Shown: positions 43,171 to 55,174 of the stretch, in pieces
Numbering within the stretch: position 1 is the first letter of the stretch
How the letters are laid out: every line of letters starts with the position of its first letter
NCBI GenBank assembly: GCA_951406725.2
Contig: OX597825.1
Location: 27,342,001-27,406,000 of the forward strand
DNA length: 64,000 nucleotides
Reading direction: 5' to 3'
DNA from: Octopus vulgaris
Taxonomy: Eukaryota
Program-made: the position numbers and the translations under genes
The notes under the pieces: model-generated
Seen by the model: only the letters and a program-made list of their open reading frames with translations
The model's database searches: none
Told to the model about the DNA's origin: nothing

Positions 43171-43813
43171 ATATATACATACACACATATCTGTATAATC
43201 ACGTATGTATATATGTATACATTCCATGCTCACTAATTTTGTTTAAAATGTTTAGCTCGCCAGAAGCCTACACGAATATCTCTAAATTGTTAAATGCGTT
43301 ACCAAGATATTAAATTTTGAACAGAGTGTTTGTTGTAAAATGCAATACTTTTGACAAAGAAAAATAGATTCGTAACAAAATCTTAATAAAAATAACTTTG
43401 TTTATTATTCAACTCACACTGTTTTATTCTTTAATACATTTCCTCCAGCTTCCCTTTAATTCAGACGTACGCGCTCTCTGCGTTGTCCAATATGCACTAT
43501 AATAATCTGGCGCCAAAACCTTGTTAACTTTGAGCTACGCTTGCTTTGCATTGCTTCTTTTTACTCTTCACTGAAGACATGTAAACACATTTCGTATGCG
43601 AATAAATAAAACTTCCACACTGTTTTGATTCTCTGTTTTATCACGATCTTTTTATCGTTATTTTCATCATGAATACCACGAAAGACGTCGACCTCATCAT
43701 CATCATAACCACTACCACCATCTCTAATTTAATGATGAAAATAATTAGTAGTAATAATGTTGTTCTTGCATTTCTTCTTCTCCTTCTCCTTCTCCTCCTC
43801 CTCCTTTCTTCTT

Positions 43814-43844
<31 letters not shown>

Positions 43845-43980
43845 TTATTATTATTATTATTATTCTTCTTCTTATTATTATTATTATTATTACAATAGTA
43901 GTAGTAGTAGTAGTACTACTACTACAACTACTACTACTACAACTACTACTATTAGTAGTAATTATAGTAGTAGTAGTATC

Positions 43981-44044
<64 letters not shown>

Positions 44045-44363
44045 ACAGCAGTAACAGCAGTAGCAGCAGTATTATTATTCATCATCATTATTCTGCTACA
44101 ATCCTTTTACTGTTTGTTTATCAGAAATATTTCTTCATTTGGCCTTTTTTTGGTATTTTAATATATTTCATGAACAAAACAACTTAATAATGTTGTTTTG
44201 ATTTATAAGCAACATTACACATTGGGATATATTATTTTCAAATATTTTACACTTTACTCTTCTCTTATTTCATTCGTATATCAACATTTTTTCTTCCAAT
44301 TTTACAACAACAATTATACCTTGCATCATTATACTGTTTCTCCCTGATTAGCATTGTCTAGTC

Positions 44364-44434
<71 letters not shown>

Positions 44435-44490
44435 ACCTCTCTCTCTTTCTATCTCTGTGTCAATCCTCTGTGGCTATATATTTATATATG

Positions 44491-44523
<33 letters not shown>

Positions 44524-46653
44524 GTGCGAGGATGATCCGGTTCTTGACTGAAGATAAAAGGCTTCGCATAATCCGTCCGTGTTTTTTTTTGTATCGTCTA
44601 TCTGGATGTTTTGTTTTCCCTTTTTGTATCACCTACTAGTCCGGATGTTTTGCGTTCTTGTCCCATTTTGTATTTTATTTTATATATATCCATAAGTGTA
44701 TCTGCATTTGTGCGCAATCACGCATAAACATATACAAATAATATATTTTCAAGACATAAAAGTTTCTCTCTATATAGGACTCCTCGAAGGGCTCAGTATA
44801 TTTAATTCATAAGAAAATAGGAAAAATAATGATGCGAGACAAAAAATAGTTTACTAAAATATTGTAAAGTTATGTACACAAAATCATGTGCTAAAATCTT
44901 ATATAGATATATAAATATATGAATAATGTATAGATAAAAAATATATAAATATGCTAAGACTATATTAAGTACATAAAATATATAGAACTACTTACAACAG
45001 TAACGGTATAGAAATTAAATACACAGTCCGTGTGGAGTGTATATAATACTGTAAATCAATATAGTAGCTTATAATTCGTTAAAATCCGAAGGCCGTTTCT
45101 GGAGGAATAGTGGTGGAAAGATGTAATAGAATTTAAGTTCCATTAAACTAATATCATCGACCCCTTCTCCAGAGAATTTTCCAACTGGTAAGGCCACATT
45201 TGTCATGCACTGTCGGTACGCACACGAACACACACATGTACACACACGCACGCCCATATACATATATATAAGTATACGTTATATATAAGTATATGTATGT
45301 ATATATATATGCCTACGTACGTACACACATATGTTAGTATATAAAGAGAGATTGCAAGATTATAGATAATTACGCAATACTTGTACTTTTTCAAATGTTC
45401 ATGAAACACATGTTAGTGTCCTGTGTTTCATTATTGCTGGAAAGCCAGGAAAATATTTTTATAGGGAATTTTGGAGAATACAGAACAGTAGACCTAATCG
45501 CAAAACTTTTTATATAATATTATATTAATAGCATCGAAATTACACTTAAAAGTTTCACGAGATATTCCCGGTAGACATTCATAAATTTCAAAGATATTTA
45601 AAATAGTTTGAATTGTGACGTTCATCAAATAAATAATTTATAAGAAAAGAAATGTAAGAAAATAAATTTAGTCTTCATTACTAGTTAGTTGGGTTTCAAT
45701 TGTTTTGTTTAGATATATTTATTAAGAAACATTTCTTATGGCCCCAGCAGACAAAATGGAAAAGATGTTGCCTCGGAGGATGGTGAGAGAGATTCACAGG
45801 AACAGCTTCTCTGACTCATGAGTTTGTCATCCGTCCAATTTTAGAAAAAACTGTGCCGTGAATTATGGGAGACTTAACTATAGATTGATGAAGCAGAAAG
45901 TCAGCCCCAAAATATTGAAAAATGTTTTACGTAAACTTCCTTAACGTAAGCGCAAGTTTATAAACTTTGGACTGAGTCACAATTTTGAAACACGAGTTGA
46001 GTGGTCCGTTATGTGGACCACGGTTTTATTTGTGCTGAGACCCCAAGATATTGGAACTAAATGCAACTAAGCAGTTTTTTCGATTCTCTATTGTTTCCCA
46101 TTTCTTCTAAGAAAATACATTTTAAATACTGACTGAAGCCAAATATTTCACTGACGCCCTAATAATACGGTTTTACTGACGCTCCAACAATTTTACTTTC
46201 TAATTTCTTTCTGCTGACATTATTGTTTACTGACATGGAAACGAAGCCATGAATTTAGGAAAAAGAACATAGACGGGATCGATTTCATTCCTAATGTTAC
46301 AGTATGTATTATTTTTTGCATTTAATATCTTATGTTTGTAAGCAATATCGTTAGTAGGTAGAGGTTTCCAACAAATCAATCACTGGTTCAGTGCCTTTAC
46401 GATGCTGAGACTGATAACCGATAGTTTGTGCAACTTGTGTGAAAAACAAAAAGAAAAAACATAAGCAGCCACTTCATTAAACAAGTACTGTTTTCTGTTT
46501 ATTGGTATCCATCTATTTTCAAGCGAGAGACATATATATTAAACATACATGCAAGCATACGGATATTCTTATATACAAATGCACTTATACACATACATTA
46601 AGAGGACACCGTACGTGTATACACAACCACGCACACACACACACACACATATT

Positions 46654-46700
<47 letters not shown>

Positions 46701-46726
46701 CCACATAGCAATATATATAGTATATA

Positions 46727-46821
<95 letters not shown>

Positions 46822-46970
46822 AGAGAGAGAGAGATATGTGTCAACATGGCGTCAAATCTTCATATAAACAAATCAGGCCAAATGAAGGACAAACTGTAAA
46901 AGCCCATAATATGCTTCTGTAACTGTGAATCCAACTGTATGTATCGATTTATGCATGTATTGTATGAATG

Positions 46971-47060
<90 letters not shown>

Positions 47061-47497
47061 ATATAAAACACTTCAAAAACTCTTTTATCATGCTTTTGTC
47101 TCTCTCTCTAGTGCAGCCTTTCGACTGAAATTGTGCCGAACACGTTCTTGTGTGCGTGCGCCCGTTTGTGTGCATGTTTGGGTGTGCGTGCGTGTGTGCG
47201 TGTGTTCGTGTGTGTGTATGTGTGTGTTCGTGTGTGGGGGTTGGTGGGTGTGTGTGTGATAGTGTATAAAGGACATGATACTACGCAGGAAGCAGGCAGT
47301 TAGCTTTAAAGAGGAACCGTGTTATGGCAAATCGAATTTCTGAACCACACAGTTTATCACCCTAAATGTAGAACGTAAGGTGGAGATCGATTGGACTAAA
47401 ACTTACGTTACGAACGGATTCAACATCAGTGAACATATTGCAGAGAGTTTGATAAAAATTTGGATACCAAATACAAAAATTGATGAATTTAAGTAAT

Positions 47498-47870
47498 GGG
47501 TGTTTGGTAAGAGGCTTGATTCCAAACCACACGGTCCTGGGTTCAGTTCCATTGCCTGTCATGTTGGGCAAATATCTTCTACTAAAGACCTAGGTGTATT
47601 TATATGTATGTGTGTGTGCGTGCCTGTGTATGTGTGTCCGAACACCCGTATGTGCGTGTTTGTGTTTCTTTGTGTTTGTCACCCCTCATCCCTAGACAAA
47701 GGGTGTTGCTTTGTTTACGTCCCCGTGACTTAGTCCTTTGGCAGAACGCACTGACAATATTGGTACCAGGTTCAAGAATATGTACTGACGTATATTTGTT
47801 TGATTTATCCCTTCAAGGTAGTGCTCCAGCATGGCAACATCTAAGGGCTGAAACAAGTTAAAAGAAAGAT
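47498..47870 (+). mobile_element. SINE family B
   Basis: TGGTAAGAGGCTTGATTCCAAACCAC..GGGTTCAGTTCC..GGGCAAATATCTTCTACTA..GTGCTCCAGCATGGC..CTGAAACAAGT. Confidence 0.8.
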
Positions 47871-47890
47871 TAAATATATTCTCTGAATGA

Positions 47891-48124
47891 AAGGCGGCGA
47901 GCTGGCAGAAACGTTAGCACGCCAAGCAAAATGCTTAGCGGTATTTCGTCTGTCGTTACGTTCCGAGTTCAAATTCCGCCGAGGCCGACTTTGCTTTTCA
48001 TCCTTTCAAGGTCGATAATGTAAGTACCAGTTACGCACTGGGGTCGAAGTAATCAACTTAATCCCTTTGTCTGTCCTTGTTTGTCCGCTCTGTGTATTTA
48101 GGCCCTTGTGGGTAGTAAAGAAAT
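47891..48124 (+). mobile_element. SINE family C, full length with a 17-bp target-site duplication
   Basis: GGCGGCGAGCTGGCAGAAACGTTAGC (A-box region) and GAGTTCAAATTCC (B box). ATATATTCTCTGAATGA occurs at both 47874-47890 and 48125-48141. Confidence 0.92.
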
Positions 48125-48263
48125 ATATATTCTCTGAATGACTTTGTAAGTCTAAATGTATATTTCATTTGTCACTGTTATTTATGACATATTTCATCTG
48201 TTACGTCTGTATGGATAAACGAGTATATCTGAAGATAGCTTACTTCATGCCACCACCATAATC

Positions 48264-48306
<43 letters not shown>

Positions 48307-51300
48307 CAGGAAGAGAGGTGAATTATTTTAAAGGTTATGACACCCGTCTAAGGGACTTGTATCCATTGAATTAACTGCTGTCTAACCTATATGTAATTAT
48401 GAGTACTAGTATTAATGCTCATACATGGTAGGTAAGCAAACGAATAAACCGAATTTTATATGTAAGGAAAACGAAACAGAGTGGAGATAATATTGATAAG
48501 TGATATACATCAATTATCAGTTTTTGTTTGTAAAATAGACAATACTTCATTTGACAGCGGTTTGTTTGAGCGCATTTTTAAGATATTATCAGGTTTAAGT
48601 ACTACAATAATAGTAGTAATTTTCATTGTAAATGATTAATTATACCAACGTAAATAATGGACATTCATCAAAGCGGAAAATCAAAGAAAATGAAAAGAAA
48701 AAGAACAAGAAGGAGAGAAAGAAAGGATATACCAATTAATGTTACATGCTATCCTTCTGGAAACCATTCGACTGACTAAAAGTTTTAGTAATAGAATTAG
48801 GATAGTTATAATACTTAGGTTGTACGTTACTATATACGGTGGGAAGGGGTTCTGCTGGGGTGAGTTAAGTAAATAATAACTATAGGAGTATTTTGGTTTG
48901 GTCATAAAATAAAAAGTAAGAAATACAATGGAACGTACCGTAATTACATAACTAAAATAACAGATAACTATAATTAATTTATCGTTGATTTCCTATGTAT
49001 TCTACTTAGTATTAGGTGCGTTTGTGTGTGTGTATGTGTGTAAGTGTGTATGTGTGTGTTTGTGTGTGTATGTTTATATATGCATGTACTAATCCGCGGC
49101 ATGGTATTTTCTACTAACTGTTGTAATATTTAATTATCTAATTTTACAGAAGAACAGCTGGAAGTCTAATCTATCGAGCTATTTGACCGTCGACTCTCCG
49201 ATAACACCTGTCGTTAAAGATTTTACAGTTTATTTAGGAAGCAAATTACGGTTGATATTATTATGTCACTTACACAAGGACATATATATTCATTATTACA
49301 TTTTGGCTTGTTATTAGACGACAAAGATGCATTATTTAAGCAAATAACATTATGAACCAGTCGGTTTGATATAGTGAAGTAATGATTTTAATGATCTAAA
49401 CGCAAATAAAATGTCTGCTGTATGTAAAGACTCACTCTAACACGTTGCCGATTGTCAGAAATGAATGTGAGTGAATGTCTAGTGTATTTTATGAAAATAA
49501 GGAGAATCTTTGTGGTTTCAAACTTTGATCGGCGACATACGATACCCTATTGAATACAGTATCCCTTGCTACTATTTCAGTCGGTTGTTGGCCCTATTAT
49601 TTGCTCTCAACTTTACATATGTCGGATACGTCGTTTGGAAATGGCCTCAAATGAGACACCAGTCACTTAACTAGCAGACCAATAATTTTTCAATTGTATC
49701 ATTCTTTTCCAAGACTAAGGTAGTAGTTGGTACATAGAATATCAAAGAGACAACGCTTCATATCAGTGACCAATGTATGTATGAATAATGTATGACTGAT
49801 GTTTGTATAACTAATGTATGTAACATTCAATTTTGTAAACTATGAGCGCATATGTATCAAATTTATATTTTAATGCTACTGTCAGCAGGAACCACATTAA
49901 GTTTAAGACGGTTGTTGTATTGCAGTATTTAACATAGCTCTACACGTGGGAGTGGCCAAAAGAGAATATGGGTTCCACTGGTCTGTGACATAAATCAATA
50001 AGTGTAGAGAGGGGACGGATATTTTCTGGTTGATGAATGACTCCGATCACGAAAAGTCAAATATTTGATTCAATTGTATAAACAAAAGACATAAAGTCTA
50101 AGAACACAATAATAGTGATGTTATTTTGTCCAGCGTCGACTAATCTTGCTTAAGTTAATGCAGCACATATCTAATCAATAATCATTAAGAGTATTATTAA
50201 TTTCATTCTATCTGTCCGTCCTTTTGTGGTAAATGGCCGTCCAGATTTTATTTTGGAATTTGCAGACTCAGACTTTATAACTAATATGAACGTTTTTATC
50301 AGTTAAGATATTCTTAGCGTGGTACAAGGGAGAGGAACAAAAGAAAGAAAAAAATTAAAGATAAAATAAACCTAAATGTTTAGGGCAGTATTATGTATCC
50401 ATAAAAGTATAACTCATGTTGCTTTTGTATTTTATCTATCCAAAGCTTTTTGACATAGGCCAGGTTCCATCAAAACTATTAATGACTTCTTTCCTTCCTT
50501 TCCCTTTTTTTATATTTAAATAACATTTACAGCGTGCAGCAAAAAGCTAACATTGCTTTTGTAATGCAAGCGCTGCTTCACATCATGTTTGTCTATAATG
50601 TTTAGTTTTTATTGATAGGAGGTGGTGTAGGGTATTAAATTCTAATTTTTGTTTTCCTCAGAGCAACCAATCACATTTGTGCTCATGTTAAACAACTAAA
50701 ATCTATGAGAAACATTAACATTTTCAAACATTAAAGGGATTTATTTCCTCATAAATTATATCGCATGCTAAAATGAATTAGTTTTAGAGTTTCGTTTAGA
50801 CTACAGTATTTTATTATACAGAAACACACACAACACCACGGGCGTACAAATATATTTGTAAGTACGCAAGAATGTATGTGTGCGTATACATATATACCCA
50901 TACAAATATATATATATATATATATATATATTCAAATATATACACAAACAAATGTGTACACTTGTTTTTTTGTGTATGCATGAATATAAGCACAAAGGCA
51001 CACGCGCGCACAAACACATACGCATACACTATATATATATATATATATAGATATTGTATAGATGCTATATAGATATACGTGTGTGTACTGACGTACAAGT
51101 GTGTTTCTTTTTAAGAACCCACCATAACAAAGGAATAAAAAAAATAAACTTATATCACATAACATATATTACGTTAGGAAATATACACAGCAAAGTAATA
51201 AAAGCGAGGCAATTGAGTTTGCATGTAAGTTATCATGTTTATGTCACTCATCCGCCGTTCTTTGAAGTATTGAGCTATTTGCTCGTAAAACAGAGAGAGA

Positions 51301-51313
51301 GAGAAAGGACGAC

Positions 51314-51388
<75 letters not shown>

Positions 51389-51746
51389 GATGACGATGAT
51401 GGTGATGATGGTGATGATGATGATGATAGTGGTGATGAAAAAGGCGATGTTGATAACGATGGGCATGAAGATGATGATGATGAGGATGATGATGACGATG
51501 ATGATGATGTCTGGGACAATATCGACAGATTTGGCGTTGTTGCTCACGATGATCATAATGGCGTTGACCATAAAAATGCCGACGATGCTGAAGGGGATGA
51601 TGTGGATCAAGACGAACATGAGATGTATAACTTCTACGACGGCCGATGTCGATGATTTTTGACGATTATGATGATGGCAGTTATGATGATGACGGCCCTC
51701 AACGAAATTGTTATTAATGTTGTTTGGCATGAGAATAACGGAACAA

Positions 51747-51801
<55 letters not shown>

Positions 51802-52039
51802 TAATAATAAATGAGGATAAGAACATAGAGTTTAAAGAATAGAATAGCAAGCATTCCTAGATTTCAAAAATGACATCGAGGAGAAATTATTCTGCGTTTA
51901 TTATTATTTATTTTTTTACTGCTTAAGACTAAATGCATTCAGATTTATAAATTACATAATGGCTATAGACCGAAATACAATCATAACTCTCAACAAAGGA
52001 AGCGAAAGTAATACAGCTATAGTAAAAAAAGCTTAAAAT

Positions 52040-52270
52040 TAACCGAACCCTGGTCTAGAAAATTGTCAAGAAACGTCAAGACACTGGTTCCAACGCTGAA
52101 CGGCCCCTCAGCTTATACGGTGGAACCTTCGTTGTTTTGTCAGAGAATTGGCTGCCACAGCAAAAGGAAACCAAATATTGATGTACCGAGCGATGTAGAA
52201 CGATCTCAGCATCCACCCCTATAAGATGATCCATCGTTATGGCGTTCACTGATGAAAAGAAATTTATGCA
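52040..52270 (+). mobile_element. Tc1-like transposase scrap
   Basis: KKRQDTGSNAERP (HTH-linker-like), DLSIHPYKM and FTDEKKF (first catalytic Asp motif), with deletions between them. Confidence 0.45.
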
Positions 52271-52669
52271 TCCTAGTCACCAGGGTCCGTCACTTATAAC
52301 ATTGTCAAAGTTAACTAATTCAAACAAGCTTCCAGTGTTGAAGGTAATAGCGTTACATTTTGAATTGAATTGAATTCTGGTCTTATAATCACCTCTACTG
52401 GTATTACGATTGAATCTTGTGAAACGTTCGTTCATATTACAATCAATTGTAGCAGTTTCATTTACATTTTACTGTATGGAGTACATAATTTATTGGGCGG
52501 TAATTTGGGTTTATACCCTCAAATAACATTATTATTGTTATTATTACTAGAATCGTTTTAGTATTATTTGTAAAAATATCATTAATTATCACAATCATCG
52601 CGTTAACTATTATAATTACTATAGATGGTAATTAATGTTTCTTTTAATCTTTTAAACGTATATTTAGTC

Positions 52670-53085
52670 CAAGGTCAACATTCCATAGCATTTTCCTGTC
52701 TAGTGTTTATAATAGTACATTTAGAAAAGAAAATTTGGTACATATTCTCCCCACAAAAGTTAGATCAATTACCGCCTGTTCTATAAGGTCTTACTATACT
52801 TATAATTTCCCAATCAATCGAAAATAAATTGTTACTATTTTTAAGTGAGAAAATTAGCTTACTAAGGCTGGTGGTATTAATTGTATCCCTATTTCTAAAC
52901 GAACTTAAATGATTGACAATACTCCATTTTATATAATATGGGCTAGCTTCTATATAGAAATATTCTCTATTCTCTGTGGTAATTTTACATCTAAGTACGA
53001 TATTTTTACGTTTAGAGAGCCAAGCGGACAGGCCCTGTACTTTGCACAATCGAAACTAATAGTTCTAATACATCACTATATTCTT
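52670..53085 (-). mobile_element. GIY-YIG endonuclease fragment of a third PLE lineage
   Basis: NIVLRCKITTENREYFYIE..NHLSSF..TSLSKLIFSLK..FSIDWEII...PY matches the PLE EN pattern NIVY-C...YIG...NH..SF..T.LS..W.LK..I.W.I. Confidence 0.7.
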
Positions 53086-53224
53086 CTAGATATATATATA
53101 CATATAGAAAATAGAAAAGAGTGAAAAAACTATAGAAGGCTTGTTTTATAAGGTTAAAGAATATATTTAAGTCGTTATGTTAGAAAAATGTTAGAAAATT
53201 TTGCATATAGTAACATAGTTTTTG

Positions 53225-53263
53225 GAGAAATTACATGTTTCGTGTTAACTTTTCAAATTTCTC
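53225..53263 (-). ncRNA. Degenerate minimal hammerhead ribozyme in the inverted pLTR
   Basis: Minus strand: gagaaat-TTGAAAA-gt(taac)ac-GAAA-catg-TA-atttctc. It has a 7-bp stem I and a palindromic ACATGT stem III; the core has two mismatches to CTGANGA. Confidence 0.55.
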
Positions 53264-53664
53264 AATTGTCTTTACCTACATCGTGTCATGTCTTCGTTAT
53301 GTAGTGCAAAGGAGAGTTCCAGACAGGGGGAGGTAATAAGCGATTTCTTACGGTATAAGGGAGATAATCGCTTTATATTTCTTTTCCCCTTTTTTAATGA
53401 GATGAGGTTCTCTGTATAAGAATGTTAGGATGGTTAAGTCCAGGCTTATATTTTTCAATGAAGAACGTTCCCTTGTTTAATCTAATTTGTGTTGGTGTTC
53501 CAACAGCACATTGATAGAATGGAAAGATTAAAAATTAAAAATCCTTTAACCTTATAAAACAAGCCTTCTGTAGATTTTTCACTCTTTTCTATTTTCTATA
53601 TATCCAACCACGTGCTTTCACACACCAACTTTCTCACCTATATATAAAACGCGTGAGACCGAAA

Positions 53665-55174
53665 ATGCCACAGAAGACTAATACCAAGGATAAAATTACA
53701 AATGAGGATATACTTAAAGAACTTAAAAATATTAATGCACAACTTATTACCTTAAATAACAAAATCGAGGACTCAAATCTACCCGCCCGGGAAAGGAAAA
53801 ACAGTGAAGGCACAACTCATTACACTGACCAGGTTAGTAATGATTTACAACTTTTATGCACAGCCCTCAACTCAATTTTCATTAACATATCGAACAATGA
53901 ACAACAAACACCTATCCACGACACCTTCAACGATTTCATTTTAAAACAAGAACGAATTTGTAACGATTTGAACACTCTATGCACTACACTAAAGTCGGCA
54001 TTCACAAACAAGCCGAACGACGACCAGCACACACCAAATGAAACACACCAGGACATCATATATACACAAATCAATCTAACAAAAAGAAAAATAGAAAACA
54101 TTTGGAATACAAACCTGCACAATAGAAAACTCGCTTTCTGGAACATGATAGAAAATTCCAACAAAGCAGATATATACGAGGGATGGATGAACTCAACACC
54201 AATTATCCTCCCACGCAAATTCCAGATCAAAACAATACCCAACGAACTTGACGGACAGAGAACTATTAGGGAAAGGTCAGCTCTATTCAATCTAAAATCA
54301 GAGATAGAATTACTGAGATTTAGGGCCTCCACTAATGAGGAAAAATATAAAAACATCGACGAGGAGATGCATAGTGAAATAAAGAAACAAACCGAGGGAC
54401 AACCCGTCGAAAATACCATAAATCATTGGAAAGAAATCTGTGAAAAGGTAGAAAGAAATTCTCTCCTACGCTGGGAAAAATGCAACGATTTCTTCCAAAG
54501 ACATGCATCAATTTTCAAAAATGAATTGGGTACAGATAATCCTTTTCTAAAGAAAATAACAAGAAATAACAAAAACCGAACAACGCACAAACCACCCCCA
54601 ATTTCAACCACTTAATCAGCAACAACCCTCCTCATTATCCTCCATACACTAGAAACAGAAATCACCCACAACCAACATTTTTGAACCACGCAAGACTTAA
54701 CAGGGAACAAGCTGACAGACAACGCATTTATGAAATAGATTGCACCAAGAACAGAACACGCCAACAACATCCTAATACCAGGTCTAACACTCCATAACAA
54801 CACAAAATAACACTAGAATAAGAAACACACCACACACAAGTCACTACTACCCCATGAACCAAACTTACTGGTCCCCACCGAACACAAGACAAACACAAAA
54901 TAACACTAAGTCAAGCAACATCCCACATACAAGCAATTCGAAGCAAAAATATATCACATACAGAAATTTTACACACATCACAAACGAAAACCACCATAGA
55001 TACTCACACACACACAACCATCTGAAGCAACAATACCACCGTTCCCCCGAACCAATATCACACAATCTCACAGACAATTCATACAAACAAAACTTTACCC
55101 AACATTTTTTAGCCCGGGACCAGAGACACCAGGACACAGGCTGGAACCTAGTAATAAGGAAAAATCGAAGATAA
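53665..55174 (+). pseudogene. PLE ORF1 (helical/coiled-coil-like N-terminus, N/T/H/Q-rich tail), about 500 codons if two frameshifts are repaired
   Basis: Open from ATG 53665 to 54615 (MPQKTNTKDKITNEDILKELKNINAQLITLNNKIE...). It continues in shifted frames at ~54603-54794 and 54788-55174, ending QHFLARDQRHQDTGWNLVIRKNRR*. Confidence 0.6.
55105..55111 (+). other. Candidate -1 ribosomal frameshift slippery heptamer T_TTT_TTA
   Basis: In phase with ORF1 codons caT TTT TTA. The -1 frame reads FFSPGPETPGHRLEPSNKEKSKIINLSTKPLS...SKGLKFTPTP. Confidence 0.55.

Noticed and set aside
53820-54419. 199-aa minus-strand ORF
   Set aside because: It is the antisense shadow of PLE ORF1.
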